Source: an uncultured Pseudomonadota bacterium
GTDB taxonomy: Bacteria > Oederibacteriota > Muellerivitia > Muellerivitales > Muellerivitaceae
DNA: 64,000 bases
Assembly: GCA_963843375.1 (NCBI GenBank)
Contig: CAWJKT010000004.1
Location: 160,001-224,000 of the forward strand
Direction: 5' to 3'
Under the pieces are notes generated by a model. That model did not search any database and was not told the DNA's origin. It saw only the letters and a program-made list of their open reading frames with translations. This document shows positions 10,843-21,432 of the stretch, one piece after another (within the stretch, counting starts at the first letter, position 1; the number at the start of each line of letters is the position of its first letter). The translations under genes and the position numbers were made by a program.

Positions 10843-11196
10843 CTAACAGGCCTTAAACCATCCTTCCAAATTTTTTTCAATGAGGTTCAGACGTTTTACC
10901 CAACGGTCATGTAGTTCGGATGACAAAAGGTTCTTCTTTAGGCAAAGAGAGATCAAAGGAACGCACTCATGGGTGAGGGCGAGGGAATCCTCGAGGAGTT
11001 TTTGGGTGCGGGCCATATTGGAAGAATCTTGGGCGGCAGCAACTTTTTGGGATAATTCGTGGATCTGGCGTTTAAGACGGGATACGGCTTCATGCTTCAA
11101 GGCCCAGGGCAGGTGCCGGTAGGTTTTGTTGATTTCACTGGCTAGGTCACCGCAGAGAGCGGCTATGTCGACGTTCAAGAAGTCTGATGAAGGCAT
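10843..11196 (-). CDS. Four-helix bundle protein (Avd / 23S-rRNA-IVP-like)
   Basis: 117 aa, helical pattern; LP after helix 1, LISLCLKKNLLS and terminal IEKNLEGWFK resemble the Avd/four-helix-bundle consensus. Confidence 0.6.
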   Translation of the reverse strand: MPSSDFLNVDIAALCGDLASEINKTYRHLPWALKHEAVSRLKRQIHELSQKVAAAQDSSNMARTQKLLEDSLALTHECVPLISLCLKKNLLSSELHDRWVKRLNLIEKNLEGWFKAC

Positions 11197-11205
11197 GGAC
11201 TTATT

Positions 11206-13287
11206 TTATGGCAATGTCGATTGCTTCCCAAGTGTTCCAAGGGTAGGGCCCACGTTTTTTCCTGAGTTACGATCGTTTGTTGATAAGCTAAAAACTGAAA
11301 GGTACCATAAACGGCAGGGATAGGCTGTTTTACGGGCTCGATCCATAGCCTGATTGGCGGCCTGATAATTACCATCCTTCAGAAAACATTGGATGATTTT
11401 TTCAAAAAGACAGGATTCTAAAAAAGGATCATTGCGGAATTCCGATTGAAGTTCAGCCATGACTTTCAGCGCTTCGCCAGGGGCATTCTTATCGTGGCCT
11501 AATAGGATGGCATTGATTTGATCAAAAGAAGCGTGTGGTGCAATCCAGGATTGAATGGTAGAAATCTGGGAAGGGGGCCAACGAAAAATCCCAAGTAAAA
11601 GGCTGCCATACCCTGGATGTACATCCGTTGCCAATGGATACCATTGCGCTTCTGGAAAGCGTTTCCTTAAAGAGGCTTCGTAATCGGAATTTACAATGAT
11701 GCCAGCCCAACGGATTTCTTGAAATGATAAATTTTTGTTATCCAACTCGTTAAAAGGATAACAAGCGATCCGCAAAGTTTGATCCGGTAATCCCAAGTCC
11801 CCGCTGAAGTCGGCCGCGAACTCGGTAAACACCCACCCCGGCCCCAAATTATCGGAGGTTTTTTTTAGGATTTGATAAGCCTGGAATTTGGCTGCAGATT
11901 TGAACTCGATATTGTGTTTTCCGGGTATCTGCCATTGGCGGAAAGGACCCATCAATTGATAAGTATCAAGTGAACAGGAGAGCAAGAGCAAAGTCGCCAA
12001 GATTAAAGTGCGGCGGTCAGGTTGGGTGTCCGCCAAGAGTTTTTGAAACCCCACGCAAGCTAATCCCAAGCCAATGGGAAGGACCGCAGCAATCCGCATC
12101 ATTTCCTGATTTCCCGATAAAAGTCCCGGCAGGAGCAGGAAAATAAAAGCGAAAAGGCTTCCCCAAGCTTCCGTGTATTTCCTGAATCGAACGGCTTCAG
12201 CTATTCCAATGAAAATGGCCGAACTTAAAACAGGATTCCAAAGGCCTCCCCAAAATGCCGTAAATCGAAAGTCCCCGTTCCAATTCCCCCAAAAAAGGGC
12301 GGTGATATAAGAAAGAGAATCCCGAAGCCGATCAAAAAACGGTCTTGGCGAGGAGTTAAATAACCAGTTTTGAGACACATGCTGCCCGAATCCAAAATGG
12401 AAAACTTGCCATAATAATGGTCCAAGTAAAACGAGGAAGGAGACCAAAAACGCGAAAAAAGAGAGGTAGCCATTTTTTTTCCCTTGAAGAAGTAACCAAA
12501 GCCCCAAGAAAGGAGGAATGGCAATCAAAAAATTAGTGAAATAATATCCGATACCTATAGTTGCTCCTATTATCGTGGCCCAAATGATCCTATGTTTTGC
12601 GGATGAAAGGTGCCAAGTCGCCAACACCCCCCCGAGGACGCATTCCAAGGCCAATGCCAAGCTAACATTAGGGCACATCACTTCGATGAGAAGAGGCCAA
12701 AAACTGAAGGCGAGAAAAAAAAACATGAGGAAGGAAAAAGACCGGTTGAAAAAAAGACGAACTACTCCATAACCCGTTAATAAGCAAAAAAACGAAAAAA
12801 AACAAAAATAAAGCCAAATAGCGTCTAAAGACGGAGAAAAAATTTTATAAAAAACTGTGATTATCCATAGGTAACCAACCGGGACATCGGAATAACCATA
12901 AAAAAACTGATGATTCCAGACTTGAGAAATTTTTAAGGCGAAATAATCCAAAAAACCATTGTCAAAAATTGGCCAAATGCTCAGGTTATGGGATACAAAC
13001 CAGCGGATGGCGAATGCTAAAAAAAAGAGGAAAAACAAAGCTATAGGGGAGGGAGTTTTGAAAAATTCAATTTTCCAGGGCGGGGTCGGTTCGGAGGGAT
13101 AGGCTTTTTTAAAAACGATCCCAAATGGAACAACAACCATGAATCCGAATATAAAAATTTTTAAAATCAGCGGCAAGGAAGAATAGGCCAGGATTGAATT
13201 AGCCACAAAACTCAAGGCAAAAAGCTGGAAAGAAGATATGGGTTTCACAAACAATTTGTTGATTGTTGGGAGCATGAAATGGGACAT
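11206..13287 (-). CDS. GT-C-fold membrane glycosyltransferase, paralog 2
   Basis: WPIFDNG (DE replaced by DN), WGGLWNP, PDQTL, DPFLESCLFEK. Confidence 0.7.
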   Translation of the reverse strand: MSHFMLPTINKLFVKPISSFQLFALSFVANSILAYSSLPLILKIFIFGFMVVVPFGIVFKKAYPSEPTPPWKIEFFKTPSPIALFFLFFLAFAIRWFVSHNLSIWPIFDNGFLDYFALKISQVWNHQFFYGYSDVPVGYLWIITVFYKIFSPSLDAIWLYFCFFSFFCLLTGYGVVRLFFNRSFSFLMFFFLAFSFWPLLIEVMCPNVSLALALECVLGGVLATWHLSSAKHRIIWATIIGATIGIGYYFTNFLIAIPPFLGLWLLLQGKKNGYLSFFAFLVSFLVLLGPLLWQVFHFGFGQHVSQNWLFNSSPRPFFDRLRDSLSYITALFWGNWNGDFRFTAFWGGLWNPVLSSAIFIGIAEAVRFRKYTEAWGSLFAFIFLLLPGLLSGNQEMMRIAAVLPIGLGLACVGFQKLLADTQPDRRTLILATLLLLSCSLDTYQLMGPFRQWQIPGKHNIEFKSAAKFQAYQILKKTSDNLGPGWVFTEFAADFSGDLGLPDQTLRIACYPFNELDNKNLSFQEIRWAGIIVNSDYEASLRKRFPEAQWYPLATDVHPGYGSLLLGIFRWPPSQISTIQSWIAPHASFDQINAILLGHDKNAPGEALKVMAELQSEFRNDPFLESCLFEKIIQCFLKDGNYQAANQAMDRARKTAYPCRLWYLSVFSLSTNDRNSGKNVGPTLGTLGKQSTLP

Positions 13288-13575
13288 CGCCTGTAAAAAA
13301 TAGAAGGTTTTTTCAATTTTTCAGCCCGAACAATTTTAAATATGATTGTTTTAAATCCGAAGTGGAAAACGCGATCAAAACGGAGGGGAATCTTCATTGT
13401 TTGTTCACCATTAAACTTAATTGTGGGTTAGGCGTCTCGATGGAAATTTATTTTAGACTTTATTGGGTTGGGTAACATATTTATTTTAGGAAACTTAACA
13501 GACTGAGAGCGGGTTTTTCCTAGGCTCTTTCCTTGAGTATTTTCAAACACAACTGCTCCGGGTTTCGTTTCTGTT

Positions 13576-15786
13576 TTATTTTGAAGAATCCCCAATGTTC
13601 TTTTGTCTTGGCAGGGTCTGAAGATAGTCTGCGGCCATGGTTAGATTTAGGGGGGCCTTCGTTGCTTTTTGAAAAGCTTGACGGGCGCCGGTTATGTTGT
13701 TTTCTACCATATATAAAGCTCCCAAACGTTCATAAAGATGGGCCGCTGGATAACCCTGCTCAGTCGCTTTTTTCAAATCCGAAATGCTTTTTTCAAAATT
13801 GAGGGGAGTTTGAGAAGAAAAAAGAGGTGTTCCTGAAGTTTGGCCATTTAAAAAGGCCGATTCTTTGAACTCAAGGTCTGCGGCTTTTTCCCAATAAATG
13901 CTTTCCAAAAATCGGTCTTTTTCAAAAAAAGGATAGGCCTCGGAAAGATCCTGGGATTGCTCAGCATAAGACTGGATTTCTCTCGAGCATATTTGCCGGT
14001 CGATCATAGGTGTTAAAGCGCCTGAAGCTTTCTGCCAAGTTCTCAAGGCCTCCCTTCGGGATGGGTCGAGGGACATTTCCCAGATCATATAACCGCCATC
14101 GGGGTTGGGGTGTTCCCCGGATGAAAACCAATGGACTTTTCCCCCCGGAAAACGACGGGAAAGAAAAGGCGCATAATTCACGTTGGTTAAGACCGCAGCC
14201 CAAGAAGCCCGGTCAAAATCGAGCCGAGTATTGATGGCTGCGTTATAGCCTGCCGTGGCCATTTCCAAGGTTTCATCCGGCAGGACCTGGAAGAAGAGTG
14301 TAAAAACAAGGCCATCCCCCTTTGTCCTATGGATTTTTTCGATTTCTTCATAGGCCTGATAAAGCCTGCTGGATTTGGTGTAATACTTTTCCATTTCGGC
14401 GGAAAAGGCCCAATGTTTTTGGTAGGGACCGTTCAAGTGGTAAAGATCCGTACCCATGGAAAGGGCCAAGCCAGCGACCCAAAAAAAGGAGAATCGACGG
14501 AGGGGAAAGGCCATCAAAAGTTTTTGGCATCCCACGGCCACAACGATAGCCAAGAGAGGCAACAATGGAATAATCCGAAAAAATTCCTCAAAGTTGCTTA
14601 AGAGGCCCGGTAAAAGGGTGAGCCCCAAGGCCACACCCATCCAAAGGCAGAAAGGATCCCGGCGCCGACGAAAGAGTTCCAGGATTCCCAAGTCGCATAA
14701 GGATGAAATCAAAGGATTAAAAAATCCACCCCACACTGGTGCGAAATAAATGGATTTTCCAACCGGTCCCCAGAACAAGGAAGTGACATAAGAGGCAGAT
14801 ACTAGCAATTGCTCAAAAGGGCTTGATTCGGGTCGAAGGGCGGCAGTTTGCAAAAGATACGAACCCAGATGGCTTTTCCAGGCTTCCACCACGAGAGGAA
14901 TGGGAATGAGAAGCATAGGAAGTAAAAAACACAAAAAGGCCGGAATCCGAGTAATGGAGGGCCGCCGTAAGGTGGCCAGCACCGTAAGGGTAAAAAGCAG
15001 CGCAAGAAAGAGCCAGTGATAGTGGACATAAAAACCCAAACCAGTCCAAATTCCCAGCAGGGCGAGGAAAGTTTTTTGGAGGTTATACTTCTCGGTTTTC
15101 AAATAAAGAACCAGAAATACAAAACCGCCGCATTCCCAGAGGGGAACCAAGGTGCCTTCCACGGCCGTTCGGGCAGTGGAAAGAGACCAAAAATTAAAAG
15201 CCAGGATAAAGGCCACAATGAAAGCGAAGGAACTGGAGAAGAAATATCGCGCCGCAAGAAAACCCAACAGCAAAGTAAAAACAGAAATTAATCCTGAATA
15301 TAGCCAAAGTGAAGCCAGAGAAGGCTGGAAAATTTTGAAAAAAATCCCAAGCCCCCAAACAAAGAAGGGAGGAATTCGACTGTTACCGTAAAAGAGACTC
15401 CATTGGTTTTGAAAAGCGGCTTCCAATGCGAAATGAGCGTTTTTACCCTCATCAATATGGGGCCAAACGGAAAAAGTGGAGAGGTTATAAAACCTCAAGT
15501 AAACCGCCAATGCCCCCAAAATTGCCAGCAGAACGGCGGGCACTTGCGGGAAGGTTTTTTGCTCCCAAAGAGGCTTTTCCGACAAGGGCGCTGGAACTAT
15601 TGAAACCAGGGCCCAACCGATGGGAAAAGCCAAGCCAATTAGGAAAATCCAGAGTTTTGCTTCCGCCGGAAGTGACCCATAGGAAAGAATGGAATTAGCC
15701 ACTACGAATAAGAAAAAGAAAAGTCCAGGGTGGTCATAGGGAGCAAGCTGGAGGAAAAATTTTTGAAATATATTTTTCAACTTCAA
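13576..15786 (-). CDS. GT-C-fold membrane glycosyltransferase with TPR-like C-terminus, paralog 3
   Basis: WPHIDEG, WGGFFNP, NVNYAPFL, FLESIYWEK, GYPAAHLY; start overlaps upstream stop. Confidence 0.72.
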   Translation of the reverse strand: MKLKNIFQKFFLQLAPYDHPGLFFFLFVVANSILSYGSLPAEAKLWIFLIGLAFPIGWALVSIVPAPLSEKPLWEQKTFPQVPAVLLAILGALAVYLRFYNLSTFSVWPHIDEGKNAHFALEAAFQNQWSLFYGNSRIPPFFVWGLGIFFKIFQPSLASLWLYSGLISVFTLLLGFLAARYFFSSSFAFIVAFILAFNFWSLSTARTAVEGTLVPLWECGGFVFLVLYLKTEKYNLQKTFLALLGIWTGLGFYVHYHWLFLALLFTLTVLATLRRPSITRIPAFLCFLLPMLLIPIPLVVEAWKSHLGSYLLQTAALRPESSPFEQLLVSASYVTSLFWGPVGKSIYFAPVWGGFFNPLISSLCDLGILELFRRRRDPFCLWMGVALGLTLLPGLLSNFEEFFRIIPLLPLLAIVVAVGCQKLLMAFPLRRFSFFWVAGLALSMGTDLYHLNGPYQKHWAFSAEMEKYYTKSSRLYQAYEEIEKIHRTKGDGLVFTLFFQVLPDETLEMATAGYNAAINTRLDFDRASWAAVLTNVNYAPFLSRRFPGGKVHWFSSGEHPNPDGGYMIWEMSLDPSRREALRTWQKASGALTPMIDRQICSREIQSYAEQSQDLSEAYPFFEKDRFLESIYWEKAADLEFKESAFLNGQTSGTPLFSSQTPLNFEKSISDLKKATEQGYPAAHLYERLGALYMVENNITGARQAFQKATKAPLNLTMAADYLQTLPRQKNIGDSSK

Positions 15787-17903
15787 TTCCCCGCGGCCAT
15801 AGTTTTTTTCAAAAAAGAATCGGCATCCGTACGGTTGAGGGGAGCTTTCAAAGCTTTTTGAAAGGCGCCTTCGGCTTCTTTTTTATCACCCGCGATCTCA
15901 AAAAAAACACCCAAATGCTCATATAAATGAGCTGCCGGGTATCCCTCTTGAATAGCTTTTTCTAAGGCTTGAACAGCTTGGCGGTAAGATTCGGAGCCTG
16001 GAGTTAAAAAAGAATCTTTGAAATAGGTGTCGGCAGCCCTCTCCCAAAAGCAGGACCTTAAAAAGGGATCGGAAGCAAAGGCCGGTTCGGCGACGAACAA
16101 AGCTTTCAGGCTATCCTGATAGGTGCGGTCCGGAAAGTAACCGATGGTTTCATCCACAAAGGAACGCAAGGCCAGATCGGCTATTTGCCAGTTTTTTAAT
16201 TCCTTGATCCGAGAAGCTTCCAACGGCATTACGAAAAGCATAAGGCCCCCATCGGGCGGGGAAAAATCCTTGGACAGCCAGGAATAGCGACCGTCCGGAA
16301 ATCTTTTGGTTAAGAAGGGCTGATAATTGACGTTGGTCAGTATCGCACCCCACCGGGCCTTTTCGAAGGAAAGGTCAGGGTTTTCAGCTGCGTTGAAATC
16401 ATGGGTGGCTACAGTCAAGGTCTGGTCCGGCAAGCCGGAAACGAAATCATTGAAGAGAAGCCCCGGGCCCTTTTCGGAAGCGATTTGTTTTAGAAGGTTG
16501 TAGGCCCGGAAACGTTCCACGGATTTGGTATAACCGCGCCAATTGTCGGAGGAGTCCCAAAGATGGTGATAAACTCCGAACAAATGGTAGGTGTCCAAAC
16601 CCACTGAAGGGAGAAGTAAAAGAAGGCTTAAAACCATTCCTTTTTTGCCCAGAAAGGACTCTCCCAATTTTTTCCAGCCCAAAACCGTAATGGCCAACAG
16701 GACCGGAATCACCGGAACTATCCGGAAAGTTTCGCGGTCGCTTGTCAAAAGTCCGGGAAGGAGGAAAAGGAAAAAAGCCCAAAGGAGCCAGCGATTCAAG
16801 CCAAGTCGACGATTTTTAAATATATCCAATAGGCCCAGAAAAAAGAGAGAACCCAGAACCGGATTCAAGAACCCCCCCCATAAGGGTTGATAAGTATGAA
16901 AGCGGGGATCCATTCCCCAGAAGAGGGAGGAAATATAGGAAAAAGAAATGGCGGCTTGTTGGATCCATGAAGAGCTTTGGTGAAAAGCCGCCAGATGACG
17001 CAGGTAAGGGCCGTATCCCCGGGTGGCGCAGAAGTAAAAAAAAGGAAGGAACAGCGAAAGAAAGGGAAAAATCCAAAAGAGAAAGGCTCGTTGAGAAGTT
17101 TTTTCCCCGGTTATCAGATCATATAAAAGGGTTGCCACCAAGACAGCGGCAATGACCGCCCAATGGATGTGAATCAAAAAGCCAAACCCTAGCAGGAGTC
17201 CCAGTGCCAAAGCCCATTTTTTCTTAGAGGAGGGGTACGAAGGATGAAGAACTCCTCCCAAAAGGTAAAAGGCCAGGCATTCCGCCAAAAGAACAAGTCC
17301 AGTCATGAAGGAAAATCTTCCCAAGAGCCAAGGCCAAAAACTAAACGCCGCCAGGAGTACACAAAGAAAGGAAAATGATTTTGAAAAAAAACGGGTGGCG
17401 GCTAAATAAGCGATGGGAACTACCGAAATTGAAATTAGGGCTGGAAGCAACCAAAGGCTTGTCAGGGAAGTTCCGAAAATCCTAAAGGTCAGACTGAGCA
17501 GCCAAATATAAAAAGGGGGGACACGACTATCCCCATAAAACAACCGCCAATCCCATTTTTCATTCAACTGGAGGGCGTAATACCCATAGACTCCCTCGTC
17601 GTAGTGGGGCCAAACCGAAAGAGTGGTCAGTTGGGCAAGTCGCACGGATACGGCAAGGATCGCGACCAAAATCCATATCCAAGCTGGAATGAATGGTAAA
17701 AATTCCAATTGTTTCATCGTTTTTTCATTTTGGATTTCACCCCTGCTCGTTCCCAGCCAAAGCACAGCCGGCACCAGGAGCCCCCCCAAGCCGATCCAAA
17801 TCTTGGTTTCCAATGAAAAAGGCAGATAAGACAATCCCAGGTTGGCCGCTAGGAAAACAAAAAAGAGAAGCCATGGGGTATGAAGCCATTCATTTTTTTT
17901 CAT
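15783..17903 (-). CDS. GT-C-fold membrane glycosyltransferase with TPR-like C-terminus, paralog 4
   Basis: WPHYDEG, WGGFLNP, NVNYQPFL, DPFLRSCFWER, GYPAAHLY; ATGA overlap with paralog 5. Confidence 0.72.
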   Translation of the reverse strand: MKKNEWLHTPWLLFFVFLAANLGLSYLPFSLETKIWIGLGGLLVPAVLWLGTSRGEIQNEKTMKQLEFLPFIPAWIWILVAILAVSVRLAQLTTLSVWPHYDEGVYGYYALQLNEKWDWRLFYGDSRVPPFYIWLLSLTFRIFGTSLTSLWLLPALISISVVPIAYLAATRFFSKSFSFLCVLLAAFSFWPWLLGRFSFMTGLVLLAECLAFYLLGGVLHPSYPSSKKKWALALGLLLGFGFLIHIHWAVIAAVLVATLLYDLITGEKTSQRAFLFWIFPFLSLFLPFFYFCATRGYGPYLRHLAAFHQSSSWIQQAAISFSYISSLFWGMDPRFHTYQPLWGGFLNPVLGSLFFLGLLDIFKNRRLGLNRWLLWAFFLFLLPGLLTSDRETFRIVPVIPVLLAITVLGWKKLGESFLGKKGMVLSLLLLLPSVGLDTYHLFGVYHHLWDSSDNWRGYTKSVERFRAYNLLKQIASEKGPGLLFNDFVSGLPDQTLTVATHDFNAAENPDLSFEKARWGAILTNVNYQPFLTKRFPDGRYSWLSKDFSPPDGGLMLFVMPLEASRIKELKNWQIADLALRSFVDETIGYFPDRTYQDSLKALFVAEPAFASDPFLRSCFWERAADTYFKDSFLTPGSESYRQAVQALEKAIQEGYPAAHLYEHLGVFFEIAGDKKEAEGAFQKALKAPLNRTDADSFLKKTMAAGN

Positions 17904-20014
17904 TTGTATATCGGTTCTTTCCCCTGGGAAGGGATTTTCAATTGCTCCAAAAGAGAAGCCGCATTGGTGAAATTCATAGGAGATTGGGTCGCTTTTTCCA
18001 AGTATTGGCGGGCCTTTGAAGGGCTTTGTTGGAGAATTTCTAATATGCCTAAGCGGTAGAAAATTTGAGCAGCTGGATAACCCTCACGCAAAGCCTCCTG
18101 AAGGCAGCCGATGCTTTCAGGAAAACGGCGGGCTTTGAAATCGTAGTCCGCCATCTTTTCCCAGAAACATGATCGTAAGAAAGGATCATCTTGGAAGGCA
18201 GGATAGGCATCCTCCAGAATCCGGAATGTTTCTGCGGAAGGTTGGCCCCAAAAGTAATTGATATTTTGAAAACTGGAATCCCGGAAGTTATCCAATGCCA
18301 AGTCAGCTTTGTACCAGCGCCGGAAAATGGGCCGGTTCGAATCGGTGATTGGAATTATCCAAAGCATCCGGCCGCCATCCGGAAGGTTAAAGTCCTTGGA
18401 GAGCCAATAGGCCTTTCCAACGCCGAACTGCCGTTCTAAAAAAGGACGGTAATGGACATTTACCAGTAGGGCTGCCCATTGGGCCTCCTCAAAGGATCTT
18501 TCTCGGTCTACCAGTGCATCGAAGGAGAAAGTTGCCAAGGAAAGAGTTTGATCGGAATTGTTGGGGTTGAAATCTTGGAAGACCAGTCCAGGCCCTTTCT
18601 TAAGAGATTCTTCCTTGAGGATGGGGAATGCCCGGTAACTATTGATGGATTTCACCGATTTCAACCAATAGTCGGGAGAATCCCAGAGATTCCGACTAGG
18701 TCCGGTCAAGTGATAAAAATCAACACCAATGGAAGTTAGAAAAAGGAATGTCAGCAAGATAGCAGCCCGGGAAGGGGCTAAACCATCTAAAAACCGGGAG
18801 ATACCCAAAGCGATCAAAGGAATAACGGCAGCTAGGACGGGAAGAACGCGGTAGTTTTCCGAATCCCGGCTGAGCATTCCAGGCAGCAAAAAGACTAATA
18901 GAGAAACCAACAGCCATTGATAGACTCCATCGGAGATGTTTTTAAAGGCTTCCAGGATGCCTAAAAAACAGAGGGATCCCAAGATGGGATTTAAGAACCC
19001 TCCCCAGGAAGGTTGATAGGTGTAAAACTCGAGCGGGATTCCCCAGAAGATGGATTGGAAATAGGAAAAATTTACTCTTAAATGATCCGGATTTGAGAGG
19101 TAACCAACGTAACCCGGAATGCCCGAACTAAAGGCCAATAAAGCGAAAGGAAGAGCCGCTAATGCGAAACCGATTGCAAAAAAACTAGCCATTGCCGGAG
19201 ATTTACGGGTTTGGTAAAAAACCGTCGCCCCTATCATGGCGATCACCGCCAACCAATGCAGATAAATGGCATAAAGGATAAGGCCTAATCCAAATCCCAA
19301 TATGAAAGCGAGAATTCGACGGTTCTTTTCTAAATTTGTTCTAAGTAATTTTCCCAACCCTAAAAAAACAATAGCTTCCGCCAAGGGAATCAAGGTTGTG
19401 CATTCGGAAAAGCGGGCCATGTACCAAACCCAAAAACAAAAAGCCATCAACAAAACGCAAAGGAAGGAAAAAGACCGAGAAAAATAATATCGGGCCGCCA
19501 GATAACAAATCGGAAGGGTTAGCGTGGAAAAAAAAGACGGCCAAAACCATAAGTTGGCCATAGAGGGCCCCCAAAGTCGGAACTGCAGAGCCAGCCACCA
19601 GGGATAAAAAGGAGGAACCTGGCTACTACTATAAAGTAAACGGGTCACTCCTTTTCTCATGATGGACAAAGCGAAAAAAAAATAACTACCTTCGTCCCCG
19701 TTAGGCCAGAAGAAAAGGGAGCTGAGCTTATAAAAACGGAAGAAGAGAGCCAGGCCCCCCAATATTCCCCAAATCCAAAGTGGTACTGTAGGAAGAAATT
19801 CTCTGGTGTAAAGGGGGCCGTCGGCACGCAGGGGTGTCCTACTGAAAACAGCAAAAACAAGGGGAAGAACCAGACCCGCCAGGCCCACTCCGAGAGCCCA
19901 TTTCGGCGACAAGTTAAAATAAGAAAGTAGAATATTAGCCAACAGAAAAACCAAAAAATAAATACGTGGACGGTAGGAGTATGGAAATTCTTTACCGAGG
20001 AAAAGTTTTGTCAT
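17900..20014 (-). CDS. GT-C-fold membrane glycosyltransferase with TPR-like C-terminus, paralog 5
   Basis: WPNGDEG, WGGFLNP, NVHYRPFL, DPFLRSCFWEK, GYPAAQIF; start refined to MTKLF at 20014. Confidence 0.72.
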   Translation of the reverse strand: MTKLFLGKEFPYSYRPRIYFLVFLLANILLSYFNLSPKWALGVGLAGLVLPLVFAVFSRTPLRADGPLYTREFLPTVPLWIWGILGGLALFFRFYKLSSLFFWPNGDEGSYFFFALSIMRKGVTRLLYSSSQVPPFYPWWLALQFRLWGPSMANLWFWPSFFSTLTLPICYLAARYYFSRSFSFLCVLLMAFCFWVWYMARFSECTTLIPLAEAIVFLGLGKLLRTNLEKNRRILAFILGFGLGLILYAIYLHWLAVIAMIGATVFYQTRKSPAMASFFAIGFALAALPFALLAFSSGIPGYVGYLSNPDHLRVNFSYFQSIFWGIPLEFYTYQPSWGGFLNPILGSLCFLGILEAFKNISDGVYQWLLVSLLVFLLPGMLSRDSENYRVLPVLAAVIPLIALGISRFLDGLAPSRAAILLTFLFLTSIGVDFYHLTGPSRNLWDSPDYWLKSVKSINSYRAFPILKEESLKKGPGLVFQDFNPNNSDQTLSLATFSFDALVDRERSFEEAQWAALLVNVHYRPFLERQFGVGKAYWLSKDFNLPDGGRMLWIIPITDSNRPIFRRWYKADLALDNFRDSSFQNINYFWGQPSAETFRILEDAYPAFQDDPFLRSCFWEKMADYDFKARRFPESIGCLQEALREGYPAAQIFYRLGILEILQQSPSKARQYLEKATQSPMNFTNAASLLEQLKIPSQGKEPIYK

Positions 20015-20024
20015 CGAATCTATT

Positions 20025-21362
20025 TTACTGGCCCTTAGACAGATATTCTGCGATTTTTTCTGCCGCCCGGTGTCCCGAATGGCATGCGCCCTCAATGGTG
20101 GCCGGAAGCCCGGTGGCAGTCCAATCCCCGGCGAGAAAAACATGAGGGAAAGGTGTTTCGGTGGGAAGGCGAAGAGAATTCGTTTCCTCTGTCCAGATAA
20201 AGGTGGCGGCCATCTCGCGGGTCACTTTAGCATGCAGAATCTCCGCGCTTCGGGATGAGGGGCAACGGTCTTGAAGTTCTTCTAAGGCCAGGGCGACCAG
20301 TTCATTTGCAGATTTACCGGCCAAGTCCTCTGCGGCGCTAGTCGTAAAGCTCAAGTATTGGCCTTTCCCTTGCCAACCCCAATTGGCATTGCGATTGAAA
20401 ACCCAGTCGAACCTTGCGCCGGAAAGGCCCACCATATGTTGGTCGGTTACTTTTTTAGAAAGGATCAAATGCACCGAAAGGATGGGGGACTTGCCCAACT
20501 TCGGCAATGCTTCCACTGCCCGCCAAGTATTTGGAGGCCAGAGGGCATAAAGCGAAGAAGGAGGAACGGCCCAAATCAAAGCGTCGCCGTTGAAAGTCTT
20601 GCCAGAGCGGGATGTTAATTGGAAATCCCTTCCTTCCACTCGGAAAGCTTGAATACCCTCGTGGAAATAAACGCTCCCGCCCTTTTGTTTTAGGTAAGCG
20701 ATAGTTTGGGGAAAGCCTAATTCGCTTAAGGGACGGGAAGGGACGGCCAGAGCACTGTTCCTCCGGCTCTGGAAAAAAATCCGGCGAAGGACTTCGCCTA
20801 AGCCTTTTATAGGGGCTATTTCCACCGGAACGTTCATTACCGAGTTACAGAGGGGAATCCAAAATCTTTCCCGGGCGAGAGATCCTTGATAGGTAGCATC
20901 CAGAAATTGGGCCACGGTTTTAACCCCCGCCTGTAAGGCAAAGGGCTTTTTAGAAAAAACCCTGAGGGCCAGGGCAAGATTAAGTTTTTCTCCAAAGGGA
21001 AAAGCATTGGACCAGAAAAGCCCCCAGACTAGATGGAAAGGCGCCGGAAGGGGAGCGCAGTTCAGCGAAACCGTGGAATGATTCTTTACCAGCCAGGAGA
21101 GCCGTAAGGGATCCAGCCAGTGGAAGGGTTCCTGTACGCCTATTCGATGAAAAAGCTTGAAGGTTTCATGATAACAACCCATGAGAAGATGGGGACCATT
21201 GTCCACCGGGGCTGGGAAATTTTCCAAAGTGGTGGTGGAGTAAACACGACCTCCGAGGGAACCGCGGGATTCCAGCAATTCCACCTGATAGCCGCGTTCC
21301 GCTAAAGACGTGGCGGCGGATATTCCCGCAAAGCCCCCACCCACAACGATTACTTTAGTCAT
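20025..21362 (-). CDS. hpnE: Hydroxysqualene dehydroxylase HpnE
   Basis: VVGGGFAG FAD motif, LGGRVYS, DNGPHLLMGCY, LAGDWTATGLPATIEGACHSG; SD GAGG before MTKV; clustered with hpnC/D. Confidence 0.9.
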   Translation of the reverse strand: MTKVIVVGGGFAGISAATSLAERGYQVELLESRGSLGGRVYSTTTLENFPAPVDNGPHLLMGCYHETFKLFHRIGVQEPFHWLDPLRLSWLVKNHSTVSLNCAPLPAPFHLVWGLFWSNAFPFGEKLNLALALRVFSKKPFALQAGVKTVAQFLDATYQGSLARERFWIPLCNSVMNVPVEIAPIKGLGEVLRRIFFQSRRNSALAVPSRPLSELGFPQTIAYLKQKGGSVYFHEGIQAFRVEGRDFQLTSRSGKTFNGDALIWAVPPSSLYALWPPNTWRAVEALPKLGKSPILSVHLILSKKVTDQHMVGLSGARFDWVFNRNANWGWQGKGQYLSFTTSAAEDLAGKSANELVALALEELQDRCPSSRSAEILHAKVTREMAATFIWTEETNSLRLPTETPFPHVFLAGDWTATGLPATIEGACHSGHRAAEKIAEYLSKGQ

Positions 21363-21432
21363 AAAATTCCTCAAAATTGATCTCTTGATTATCCTTGGAG
21401 CAAAAAAGGCGGAATTAGGAATGACGCCTATT

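Noticed and set aside
12700..17050. Phase variation through poly-A/T tracts in GT-C genes
   Set aside because: Tracts of about 8-9 nt encode Phe-rich TM segments and the frames are intact
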